Shown here: piece after piece, positions 32,902 to 40,245 of the stretch
How the letters are laid out: each line of letters opens with the position of its first letter
Position numbering within the stretch: the stretch's first letter is position 1
Origin: a phage
Strand: one strand, 5' to 3'
DNA length: 64,000 nt
Sequence record: PZ452589.1
The notes under the pieces: generated by a model
What the model was told of the DNA's origin: nothing
Seen by the model: the letters and a program-made list of their open reading frames with translations, nothing else
The model's database searches: none
Made by a program: the position numbers and the translations under genes

Positions 32902-33368
32902 TAGTAAAGGTCCTCAGAGTAAAGTTCTTTTTCACTACCACCACGTTCAATACGCACTTGTCCAGCGTAAGTTGCAATAATCATTGCTTCTTCACGTGTC
33001 CAGTAATTGCTATACTGGTCAATAAATCCTTGGTCTTCACCACAAACATGGTCTGATACAAGTTTATCACTTACCTGGTCAAGAACTTCAGCCATATCTT
33101 TAGAATAATGACGAGCACCAGGAATAACCAGAGTCCCACCATCTTTTAACTTAAAGCGGTTGGCTGCACACACAATTCGACGTTGATATTTTTCATTATT
33201 GTTCCAATGAGCTACTTGCCAACAGATTTCAGGAACCTCTTCTAAAACATCCTCTTCCGTATATTCGGTGTAGTCGCCATAGGCCTGTAATTTAGCTGCT
33301 AGACTTTCTGGAGTTTCACGTAATAAAGCCAGGTCTAATAATTCAAGACGCTCTTTGAAGGTTTTCAT
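32901..33368 (-). CDS. hypothetical protein, 155 aa (arn.x)
   Basis: ORF with ATGA-type overlaps; unknown. Confidence 0.55.
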   Translation of the reverse strand: MKTFKERLELLDLALLRETPESLAAKLQAYGDYTEYTEEDVLEEVPEICWQVAHWNNNEKYQRRIVCAANRFKLKDGGTLVIPGARHYSKDMAEVLDQVSDKLVSDHVCGEDQGFIDQYSNYWTREEAMIIATYAGQVRIERGGSEKELYSEDLY

Positions 33369-33520
33369 TTGGTTTCCTCAACACTTTTAATTTTTATAGC
33401 TTGTTTAGAACTTTCAAAGCATTGACAATATACTCTTACCGCATCAAACTGGTTGGCCGCTTTAAGATGGACTACACCTTCGCCGTTATAAAATTCTACG
33501 ACAATTTTAAATGTTTTCAT
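33365..33520 (-). CDS. small protein, 51 aa ([20 protein letters not shown]..)
   Basis: unlisted ORF exactly filling the gap between two genes, with ATGA overlaps at both ends. Confidence 0.45.
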   Translation of the reverse strand: MKTFKIVVEFYNGEGVVHLKAANQFDAVRVYCQCFESSKQAIKIKSVEETK

Positions 33521-33846
33521 TTAAACCATCCTTTAATACGTTGCCATAAAGTTTTCTGTTGAGCTTTGTTAACACCAATTGAGCGAATAACTGGTTGAGA
33601 TTCATGGAATTCTTTATAATCAGCAAGGTAAATTTCGTAAGCTGAATCCATAAAGGAACTTATAGCTGCCATGAAATTATTGCGAATACCTACTGGAGCA
33701 TCTTTACTTTCACGAATAATCATGTATTTGCCAGTCTTAATCTTTACAATAGTTCCAAGATAAGCCCCATGGTACCAGATGTCCCACCCCTCCTGAGTGG
33801 GTTCTGCACAACGACGAAGTTCATTGACAATTTCTAACTTGTTCAT
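33517..33846 (-). CDS. hypothetical protein, 109 aa (motA.1 position)
   Basis: ORF directly downstream of motA. Confidence 0.55.
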   Translation of the reverse strand: MNKLEIVNELRRCAEPTQEGWDIWYHGAYLGTIVKIKTGKYMIIRESKDAPVGIRNNFMAAISSFMDSAYEIYLADYKEFHESQPVIRSIGVNKAQQKTLWQRIKGWFK

Positions 33847-33856
33847 TATTTATTCC

Positions 33857-34492
33857 TCACAGTTCAGATGCTACAGTGATTACAGCTTCAATGTTTTCTG
33901 CCGAGCGTTTAATGTCAAGATACACATTACCGTTTTTAGCGATTTTACATGACATTCCGATGTCAGTAAATTTCTGAATATGATGTTCCATCATTTTGTA
34001 TCCAAAAATTCGCATATTTCCATTGTTGTTAATTTCAAAATTACGAATTCCGTGAGTGCGTTTTTCTAAAATAGCGAGATAGTTACTGCGGTAAGTTTCA
34101 ACCTTTTTAAGAACAAATCCATTTTCATCTAAAAGTTTTAACATGAAGTCTTTATCTTCTTCCATATCAGAAGTAATTTCGCGAGCTTTACGAGTTGCTC
34201 GTTTTTTCAGCAGTTCCGGAGCGTTTTCCTGTGCGTATAAAGTTGCTGCATTTGAAATAATATCCTGAGCTTCACCAGTAATGATTAATCCATCACCAGA
34301 TTTCTCCACCAGGCCTTTTTTAATCAATACCCCAATATTACTATTAACTACTGCATTACCTAAATCTGGATGCACCTCACGAACTTCTGCAGCTGTAATG
34401 AAATCTTTCTTAGCAATGGTAATTAAAATCGCAGCAGTTTTTTCATTCAGAATATCGTTAGAAGCTTTGATGATGTAAGTTACTTTAGACAT
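33857..34492 (-). CDS. motA: MotA middle-transcription activator, 211 aa
   Basis: MSKVTYIIKASNDILNEKTAAILITIAKKDFITAAEVREVHPDLGNAVV.. matches remembered T4 MotA. Confidence 0.9.
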   Translation of the reverse strand: MSKVTYIIKASNDILNEKTAAILITIAKKDFITAAEVREVHPDLGNAVVNSNIGVLIKKGLVEKSGDGLIITGEAQDIISNAATLYAQENAPELLKKRATRKAREITSDMEEDKDFMLKLLDENGFVLKKVETYRSNYLAILEKRTHGIRNFEINNNGNMRIFGYKMMEHHIQKFTDIGMSCKIAKNGNVYLDIKRSAENIEAVITVASEL

Positions 34493-34533
34493 TTTCTAAT
34501 CTCCGTAATTCTGTATCAGCAGTTGATAGTTGT

Positions 34534-34563
34534 ATAGTACCACAGTATGCTTTGGTTGTAAAC
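34534..34563 (-). promoter_or_regulatory. early-promoter-like element (GTTTACA-N17-TACTAT) upstream of motA
   Basis: minus-strand GTTTACA 34557-34563, TACTAT 34534-34539. Confidence 0.45.
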
Positions 34564-34585
34564 CGTTTTGTGAAAAAAATTTTAA

Positions 34586-34614
34586 AATAAAAAAGGGAGA
34601 GCCTCGGCTCTCCC
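34586..34614 (-). terminator. rho-independent terminator downstream of gene 52
   Basis: minus-strand GGGAGAGCC-GAG-GCUCUCCC followed by UUUUUUAUUUU. Confidence 0.6.
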
Positions 34615-34749
34615 TAAAATTACTGCATGACTGCGATAACTGTCATGATAACACGTTGAATGCCGAACGCAAGAAGACCTCCTGCTACAGCTGGAACAAC
34701 ACCTACCCCCGCTAGTAAAATGCCGCGCTTGTAATACCAATGAATGGAC

Positions 34750-36078
34750 TCATTTGATTTCCTCTAAATCTTTAGTGTATTCGGTAACTACATCAGTAGT
34801 TTTCCAATATTCGTTTTCTTCTTTCTTAGCTTTAGCTTCTTCAGCAAGTTTCTTTGCTTCGTCGGAAGTCATATGAAAAATATTCATTCCGACTAGTTTA
34901 TCAACATAAGAAGAATACATATCAATTTTAGAAAGTTCTTCGGTCAGTTCTTTGCGAGTTTTACCCTGCACAACAATTTCACCTGAAATTACTTTCTTAA
35001 TGAAATGTGCCTTGGCAAAGGCTAAACGAAATGCTGATTCAGTTTCTTTGATTTTGTTATCAATTCGTTTTTGGACATAAGTTTTACGAACTTCAACAAA
35101 GTCTTTAATTAAATCAACTACGTTATCGTAAACTTGCAGCTTTCCTTTCTCATTAATGACTGTAATATTCTGAGAACGACGCTCAATCAGTCCGAAGTCT
35201 TTCATAATTTTTGCATGGCGTTCTTCTTCATTATCGCTCAAAGAGTATTCTTTTCGGAATTTAACTTTGAATCCAAAACCATGCTCACCACAAGCATCAT
35301 CCCATGTAATGAAGCCTTTATCTTCAAGTGGGTCTAAGATTTTACTCACATAAGTTTCACGATCATACTTATACGGAATCTCAGTGATATGCATTTGAGT
35401 TCGTGAAGTAAACTTATATGTTCCACGAATTTCATATTGCCCATCAATTTCAACGACTTCACCACGAAATTCTGGGAATTCTACCTTCGGTTTAGTTACT
35501 TTCTTTCCTTGAAGAGCTTGCAGTACAGCTTTCTTAACAGAAGAAACACTATGAGGAAGAATGTAAGTTGCATAACCAGTTGCAATACCGGAAACGCCAT
35601 TAAGAAGAACAGTAGGAATAACAGGCAAATAGAAAGCAGGCGGAATGTGTTCTTTATCTTGATGTACCGGAGCATATTCAGTATCTTTATATACGTTATA
35701 GAAATTTTTACTTACACGAGCAAAAATATAACGACTTGCTGCTGCCTTTTGGACAGTACGAGAACCAAAGTTTCCTTGACCGTCTAACAGAGGAAAGTTA
35801 TTATTCCAAGTGTTAGCCATCAAAGCACCTGCGTCTTGCGCAGAGTTTTCACCATGATGATATCCAAGGTCCGCTACACCGCCTGCGATAGAAGCGAGTT
35901 TGTGAAACTTATCTTTATTTCCTCGTGCCAAATCAAGAGCTCGAGCAATAACAAATCGTTGAACTGGCTTAAATCCGTCAATCATATTTGGAATGGCACG
36001 ATTTTCAACCGTGTACATAGCATAAGCCAATGCTTCATTATCAATGATACTTTTTAAATCACGATTATTCAGTTGCAT
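34750..36078 (-). CDS. 52: topoisomerase II medium subunit gp52 (GyrA-like), 442 aa
   Basis: MQLNNRDLKSIIDNEALAYAMYTVENRAIPNMIDGFKPVQRFV.. type IIA topoisomerase A-subunit motifs. Confidence 0.92.
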   Translation of the reverse strand: MQLNNRDLKSIIDNEALAYAMYTVENRAIPNMIDGFKPVQRFVIARALDLARGNKDKFHKLASIAGGVADLGYHHGENSAQDAGALMANTWNNNFPLLDGQGNFGSRTVQKAAASRYIFARVSKNFYNVYKDTEYAPVHQDKEHIPPAFYLPVIPTVLLNGVSGIATGYATYILPHSVSSVKKAVLQALQGKKVTKPKVEFPEFRGEVVEIDGQYEIRGTYKFTSRTQMHITEIPYKYDRETYVSKILDPLEDKGFITWDDACGEHGFGFKVKFRKEYSLSDNEEERHAKIMKDFGLIERRSQNITVINEKGKLQVYDNVVDLIKDFVEVRKTYVQKRIDNKIKETESAFRLAFAKAHFIKKVISGEIVVQGKTRKELTEELSKIDMYSSYVDKLVGMNIFHMTSDEAKKLAEEAKAKKEENEYWKTTDVVTEYTKDLEEIK

Positions 36079-36082
36079 AAAT

Positions 36083-36223
36083 TTACCATACTAGTGAATG
36101 TAGTGCCATAATAACATCAGAAATGAAAAGCACGACTTGAATTAATCCGAACATTATTCCGTAATATAATGCTATCAATAAAATAGCAAGGGCTAATGAA
36201 TAGCCCAAGATTTTCTTAATCAT
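36083..36223 (-). CDS. small membrane peptide, 46 aa (52.1 position)
   Basis: ATG overlaps ac stop (ATGATTAA); hydrophobic; ends 5 nt before gene 52 ATG. Confidence 0.4.
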   Translation of the reverse strand: MIKKILGYSLALAILLIALYYGIMFGLIQVVLFISDVIMALHSLVW

Positions 36224-36374
36224 TAGTAGATAACAACACAAATGTTAAATATGCACACATACCCTGAGCTAAAGCTTGCGAAAACACACTGCTGGCATCA
36301 ATACAGATAGTTAAAACACATGCTACTATCCAACAAATAAATGAAATAACTCCTAATAATTTTGCGATATTCAT
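36216..36374 (-). CDS. ac: Ac acriflavine-sensitivity membrane protein, 52 aa
   Basis: MNIAKLLGVISFICWIVACVLTICIDASS..; small membrane ORF between stp and 52 as in T4. Confidence 0.65.
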   Translation of the reverse strand: MNIAKLLGVISFICWIVACVLTICIDASSVFSQALAQGMCAYLTFVLLSTND

Positions 36375-36381
36375 ATTTTCC

Positions 36382-36462
36382 TCACTGGCGTCCGAAGACG
36401 CCTTTAGTTTTAAGATTATTACGATAGAACTGCATCACGTGTTCGTTGTGGAAATTACTCAT
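36382..36462 (-). CDS. stp: Stp peptide (activator of host PrrC anticodon nuclease), 26 aa
   Basis: translates to [26 protein letters not shown], the T4 Stp sequence as I recall it; contains a C(UUCG)G hairpin near its 3' end. Confidence 0.8.
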
Positions 36463-36920
36463 TAATATGCCTGCAAAACGAATTTAAAATTATCAGCCAA
36501 CATACGGTTCATTTCTTCAAGTGTTTGATACTCAGAATGATGATTACGAGTAAACGCTAAAGCTAACTGTCCTTTTCCAAATCCCGTCGTCAGAGGTTTC
36601 ATCTTAGAAGCAGGCAGATAAAATACTGCGTATGGAACATTGTTATTTGCAATAGTACGTGCAAGCTGAGACCGACGTTGACGAATATGACTTAGAACTG
36701 CACTGAATCCTTGCTTAGAACGCTGATTACCTACATAAAATCGTGCAGACACGCATGGATTACTAAATGGACGACCATCTAATTTACTCACTAAAAAGTA
36801 AAATCCAGGTTTAGATAAAAAGTCTTTATGCGGAGTTCCCAAAAACCATTCACCGTTCTTGATTGTACCAATAACGGTAGCGCCCGCATTATTCAGATCA
36901 GTAGCAGTCATATATTTCAT
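36462..36920 (-). CDS. ndd: Ndd nucleoid disruption protein, 152 aa
   Basis: [33 protein letters not shown]..; start at internal Met with GAGGAAATTAAT SD. Confidence 0.85.
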
Positions 36921-36980
36921 ATTAATTTCCTCTAAATTATTTTCTACTCCAAGGCCGCATGAATACACGCGGCCATTAAA

Positions 36981-37196
36981 TTAATCGTCGCAGTCGACGC
37001 TCAATTCCCAAAACTCTTCTACGGTATAAGTTTCAGTATCATTTTCAATACAGAAACGTTCATTACTGTTATTTGCTAAAGTAGCATTAACTGTCGGTTT
37101 CTCGCTAGTGCTCTTAAGAGGTGAAATACGAATTAACTGATCACCATTATCTAAACAAAAAATTTCACCAACTTTTACATCTTTAAAGATTTTCAT
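36981..37196 (-). CDS. hypothetical protein, 71 aa (ndd.x)
   Basis: ORF; acidic. Confidence 0.5.
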   Translation of the reverse strand: MKIFKDVKVGEIFCLDNGDQLIRISPLKSTSEKPTVNATLANNSNERFCIENDTETYTVEEFWELSVDCDD

Positions 37197-37204
37197 AATT
37201 CACC

Positions 37205-37315
37205 TCAAGGAGTATAAAATCCAAACGCAGTTGTTGACCATCCCATCCAATATGGGAAATTTGCGCCAATGTAAAACATAAGAATATAAAACCAACCGCT
37301 CAGCAAATTCATCAT
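37205..37315 (-). CDS. hydrophobic micro-protein, 36 aa (MMNLLSGWFYILMFYIGANF..)
   Basis: ATG overlaps upstream stop (ATGA); not in ORF track. Confidence 0.35.
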   Translation of the reverse strand: MMNLLSGWFYILMFYIGANFPYWMGWSTTAFGFYTP

Positions 37316-37509
37316 TTTACACCATTCCAAATTGTTTCAACCACGGATTTTAAACCATTTTGATGAATGTCCATTCCAACTACCGCCATCAAATAGATTC
37401 CAACTACAACTGAACCTAAGGCAAAAATCAGCATGAAAATGAATAAAGCCGGAAAAATATTATCGAAAAACCATTCAATAAATGTAAAAGCACTGCGTTT
37501 ACGCTTCAT
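37312..37509 (-). CDS. small membrane protein, 65 aa (MKRKRSAFTFIEWFF..)
   Basis: start at internal Met with GAGGAAAAT SD; two predicted TM helices. Confidence 0.45.
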   Translation of the reverse strand: MKRKRSAFTFIEWFFDNIFPALFIFMLIFALGSVVVGIYLMAVVGMDIHQNGLKSVVETIWNGVK

Positions 37510-37516
37510 ATTTTCC

Positions 37517-37630
37517 TCACATAAATCCAAAGTAAGCATTTAATACATCAATCATTAAAACGATTGGGAATATACTCAAAACTACTAGTATTATAACTAC
37601 ATTCCATATAGCTTTAACAATCTTTTTCAT
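37517..37630 (-). CDS. hydrophobic micro-protein, 37 aa (MKKIVKAIWNVVIILVVLSIF..)
   Basis: GGAGGAACAGAAA SD and own early promoter; track ORF upstream extension overlaps the promoter. Confidence 0.4.
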   Translation of the reverse strand: MKKIVKAIWNVVIILVVLSIFPIVLMIDVLNAYFGFM

Positions 37631-37658
37631 TTTCTGTTCCTCCGTAGTTGATAGGGTA

Positions 37659-37688
37659 ATAATACCACAGAGGAACAGTCTTGTAAAC
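37659..37688 (-). promoter_or_regulatory. early-promoter-like element (GTTTACA-N17-TATTAT)
   Basis: minus-strand GTTTACA 37682-37688, TATTAT 37659-37664. Confidence 0.45.
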
Positions 37689-37873
37689 AACTTTTTTAAA
37701 AATATTCGTAATAAATGTGAATACCAATCACCACTGCCGAAACTTGCGCAACCCACCATGCACAAGCAATAAGTACAGAATTCAAAATTTTCATAATAAC
37801 CTCATTACAAAAGTAAATGTTAAACAAATTACTGGAATACTAATTAACCAAACAAAACACCACCATAGTGAAC

Positions 37874-38146
37874 TCATAGTTCAATCTCAACGATTTTCAT
37901 TTCATTACTATTAATAGCCGCTTTAAGACTATCTGAAAGAATTACATTCCAGTGGTCATTCATATGACCATTAACTAAGCGTGTAATTTCTTCAGGAGTT
38001 GAAAAATAAGGCTGATCGGACTCCCAATGCGATAATCCTAAGCGAGTATAAATCATGCCTTCATCATCGCTAGAATATTCAACTGACACAAACTCATCAG
38101 TTATTTTATGCTTAGCATAATAAAATTTAAATTTCATTTTACTCAA
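37874..38146 (-). CDS. hypothetical protein, 90 aa (ndd.x)
   Basis: ORF; preceded by two further unlisted micro-ORFs (28 and 32 aa, hydrophobic). Confidence 0.5.
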   Translation of the reverse strand: MSKMKFKFYYAKHKITDEFVSVEYSSDDEGMIYTRLGLSHWESDQPYFSTPEEITRLVNGHMNDHWNVILSDSLKAAINSNEMKIVEIEL

Positions 38147-38349
38147 TAATCCGCTAAAAGATCGACGATTGCATCACGAAGACACTTATTCGCAATACGT
38201 TTAAGAGCAATTTCAGTTTCTGGAGCATTTTGAATAATCATTGAATTCAATTCAGCCTCAGCAAACTGAAGTTCTTTAACTAGTTCAGCTTTATATTTCC
38301 CTTGCCCTTTCTTAGCTTTTGCTCGTTTTAATTCAGCTGTAGTAAACAT
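38143..38349 (-). CDS. hypothetical protein, 68 aa (MFTTAELKRAKAKKGQ..)
   Basis: start at internal Met with GGAGAATAAA SD downstream of promoter. Confidence 0.45.
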   Translation of the reverse strand: MFTTAELKRAKAKKGQGKYKAELVKELQFAEAELNSMIIQNAPETEIALKRIANKCLRDAIVDLLADY

Positions 38350-38383
38350 TTTATTCTCCAAATCCGTATCAGTTGATAGTTGT

Positions 38384-38413
38384 ATAGTACCACGGTCCTT
38401 GTGGTATGTAAAC
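38384..38413 (-). promoter_or_regulatory. early-promoter-like element (GTTTACA-N17-TACTAT)
   Basis: minus-strand GTTTACA 38407-38413, TACTAT 38384-38389. Confidence 0.45.
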
Positions 38414-38428
38414 TGTTTTGTGAAATTT

Positions 38429-38986
38429 TTAAATGGAAAGATACCATCCATTGTAGTTGCTTTTTCTTACAACCTTACGAAGGTCTTCTCTGTCACCGAT
38501 GAACTTCGGAGTGTACTGGATGACACCTGGATGAATTTCTTTAGTGTTGAATATAATTATACAGTCAGCGACTTGATGATTTAGAATGGGCCCTAGATTT
38601 ATTCCAGAACCATATGGATACTCTCCGCTGCATCCTGTTGTCACCGAAATCCAACGTGAGTCAGTTTGATGTGTCTTAACTTCTATACGAAGCCCGCAGT
38701 ATTTTGGATGTGCTAAAACATCCCATGCGTATGTGTACGGATCATCGACATCTTCTTGGCCTTTATTGACATATCCACTTAGCCAATCTGCCACAAAAAA
38801 CTCTGCGTACACAGCGATACGACATCTTTCAATAACTTCTATTTTATCCTGGTTCGGATTTTGTTTTAAAGAGTATCTTGCAGTATCAGCAATTTTGGCC
38901 TTCATTTCACTAGTCAAGTCATTGTTTGATAGGGTAAATGACGGAATCTGAAATAGTCTCTGCAAACCCGGATTCGTTTTCTGCAT
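38429..38986 (-). CDS. denB: endonuclease IV, 185 aa
   Basis: 185-aa ORF between ndd region and rIIB as in T4; sequence recalled as DenB. Confidence 0.8.
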   Translation of the reverse strand: MQKTNPGLQRLFQIPSFTLSNNDLTSEMKAKIADTARYSLKQNPNQDKIEVIERCRIAVYAEFFVADWLSGYVNKGQEDVDDPYTYAWDVLAHPKYCGLRIEVKTHQTDSRWISVTTGCSGEYPYGSGINLGPILNHQVADCIIIFNTKEIHPGVIQYTPKFIGDREDLRKVVRKSNYNGWYLSI

Positions 38987-39051
38987 TTAAACTTTCCTTT
39001 TATGTCTGAATCACTGGTATTCATATAATAAATCATAATTTCTCTTAAAAC

Positions 39052-39079
39052 AAAAGGGCCGAAGCCCTTATTTTATTTG
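39052..39079 (-). terminator. C(UUCG)G hairpin with flanking U-runs (bidirectional terminator-like)
   Basis: AAGGGC-UUCG-GCCCUU followed by UUUUGUUUU on minus and TTATTTTATTT on plus. Confidence 0.5.
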
Positions 39080-39267
39080 AATTGTGCAATTCTTTTCTCT
39101 AGACATTCAGCATAAGATTTCATTGAGATAAACTGCGAAAGTAACAGTTCTTGCTCAACTGCATTAACTGTTAGAAACTTTGCGCTTTCTAAAAATTTGC
39201 TCAGTGCATTAATTTTGAGCATTAATTGATCGTATTCTTCTTTTACTCGTGCTTGATAACCTAACAT
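39073..39267 (-). CDS. hypothetical protein, 64 aa (denB.1 position)
   Basis: ORF with AAGGAAAATT SD, flanked on both sides by the same hairpin sequence. Confidence 0.5.
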   Translation of the reverse strand: MLGYQARVKEEYDQLMLKINALSKFLESAKFLTVNAVEQELLLSQFISMKSYAECLEKRIAQFK

Positions 39268-39281
39268 AATTTTCCTTAGTT

Positions 39282-39297
39282 AAGGGCCGAAGCCCTT
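39282..39297 (-). promoter_or_regulatory. intercistronic C(UUCG)G hairpin overlapping rIIB stop codon
   Basis: second copy of AAGGGCCGAAGCCCTTATTT. Confidence 0.4.
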
Positions 39298-40234
39298 ATT
39301 TAAATTGTTCAGTAACGTCTTCAACTACTTCGTATTGGCAGGTACGCATTTTAGCATCGTTGTAATCAATCGGAATTGATACTACATCACGCGGATGTAC
39401 TTTAACTTTTACAACTCGGCTAGTTGAACTGCCAAAGTGACGAATATAAGATTTAGAACACACATGCAGACCGCGAGAACAAGTTTGTGTATCATCGTCA
39501 TTCACACGAGTACGTGGCATTTTAACTACTTTACCAGGGCTGTTATCAAAAGTATTTGAATGACAGTCAAAGTAATTGCTGCGAACTACTTTCCAAGCAT
39601 AGAAGTAACCGTCTTCTGTAATTTCAATATCGTTTGCTACCAAGAAATCAAAGAGTCGAGATACCGCTTTTTGGCTTGGGTTTTCCAACAGATTTTCCAA
39701 GAACGGAAAATAGAATTCAAAGTTTTCGCCTTTTTCCATCGAGTCAAGAATACGATCAACCAAACCAGATCGCAATTCAATATTTTGATAGAACAAGCTT
39801 CCACCTTCAATTCGAACATCACCGGAAATATATTTTTCAACAGCGCGACGAACATTAATTTTTTGTGCCGCTTCTTCCAACTTATCCGCTACAAGCAGAT
39901 TAAGAATTTCCTGGAAGTTTGAATGAGTATTAGGAGTTGCGTTATAAGTTACACCGTCAACAGTAATTGAAATGAATTTTTTAGATGCATTCCAAATAAT
40001 GTCAGATTTAGCAACTGGAGCAATAACTGCATCGCTATTAACTTTAACTGTAATATCACCGCTAATAGTAACTTTAGGGCGTTTAGCTTCTTCAGCATTT
40101 TTCAAAACACGACGGATTGTGTCAACCGATACACCTTGCCAATCAGCCAATTCCTGCTGAGTGTAATTACCACTTGAATACAGTTTAACAATTTCAGCTT
40201 GTTCGTTTTTGGTCAGGCATTTAATATTGTACAT
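39296..40234 (-). CDS. rIIB: rIIB, 312 aa
   Basis: MYNIKCLTKNEQAEIVKLYSSGNYTQQELADWQGVSVDTIRR.. ; length equals T4 rIIB. Confidence 0.92.
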   Translation of the reverse strand: MYNIKCLTKNEQAEIVKLYSSGNYTQQELADWQGVSVDTIRRVLKNAEEAKRPKVTISGDITVKVNSDAVIAPVAKSDIIWNASKKFISITVDGVTYNATPNTHSNFQEILNLLVADKLEEAAQKINVRRAVEKYISGDVRIEGGSLFYQNIELRSGLVDRILDSMEKGENFEFYFPFLENLLENPSQKAVSRLFDFLVANDIEITEDGYFYAWKVVRSNYFDCHSNTFDNSPGKVVKMPRTRVNDDDTQTCSRGLHVCSKSYIRHFGSSTSRVVKVKVHPRDVVSIPIDYNDAKMRTCQYEVVEDVTEQFK

Positions 40235-40245
40235 AATTTTCCTTA

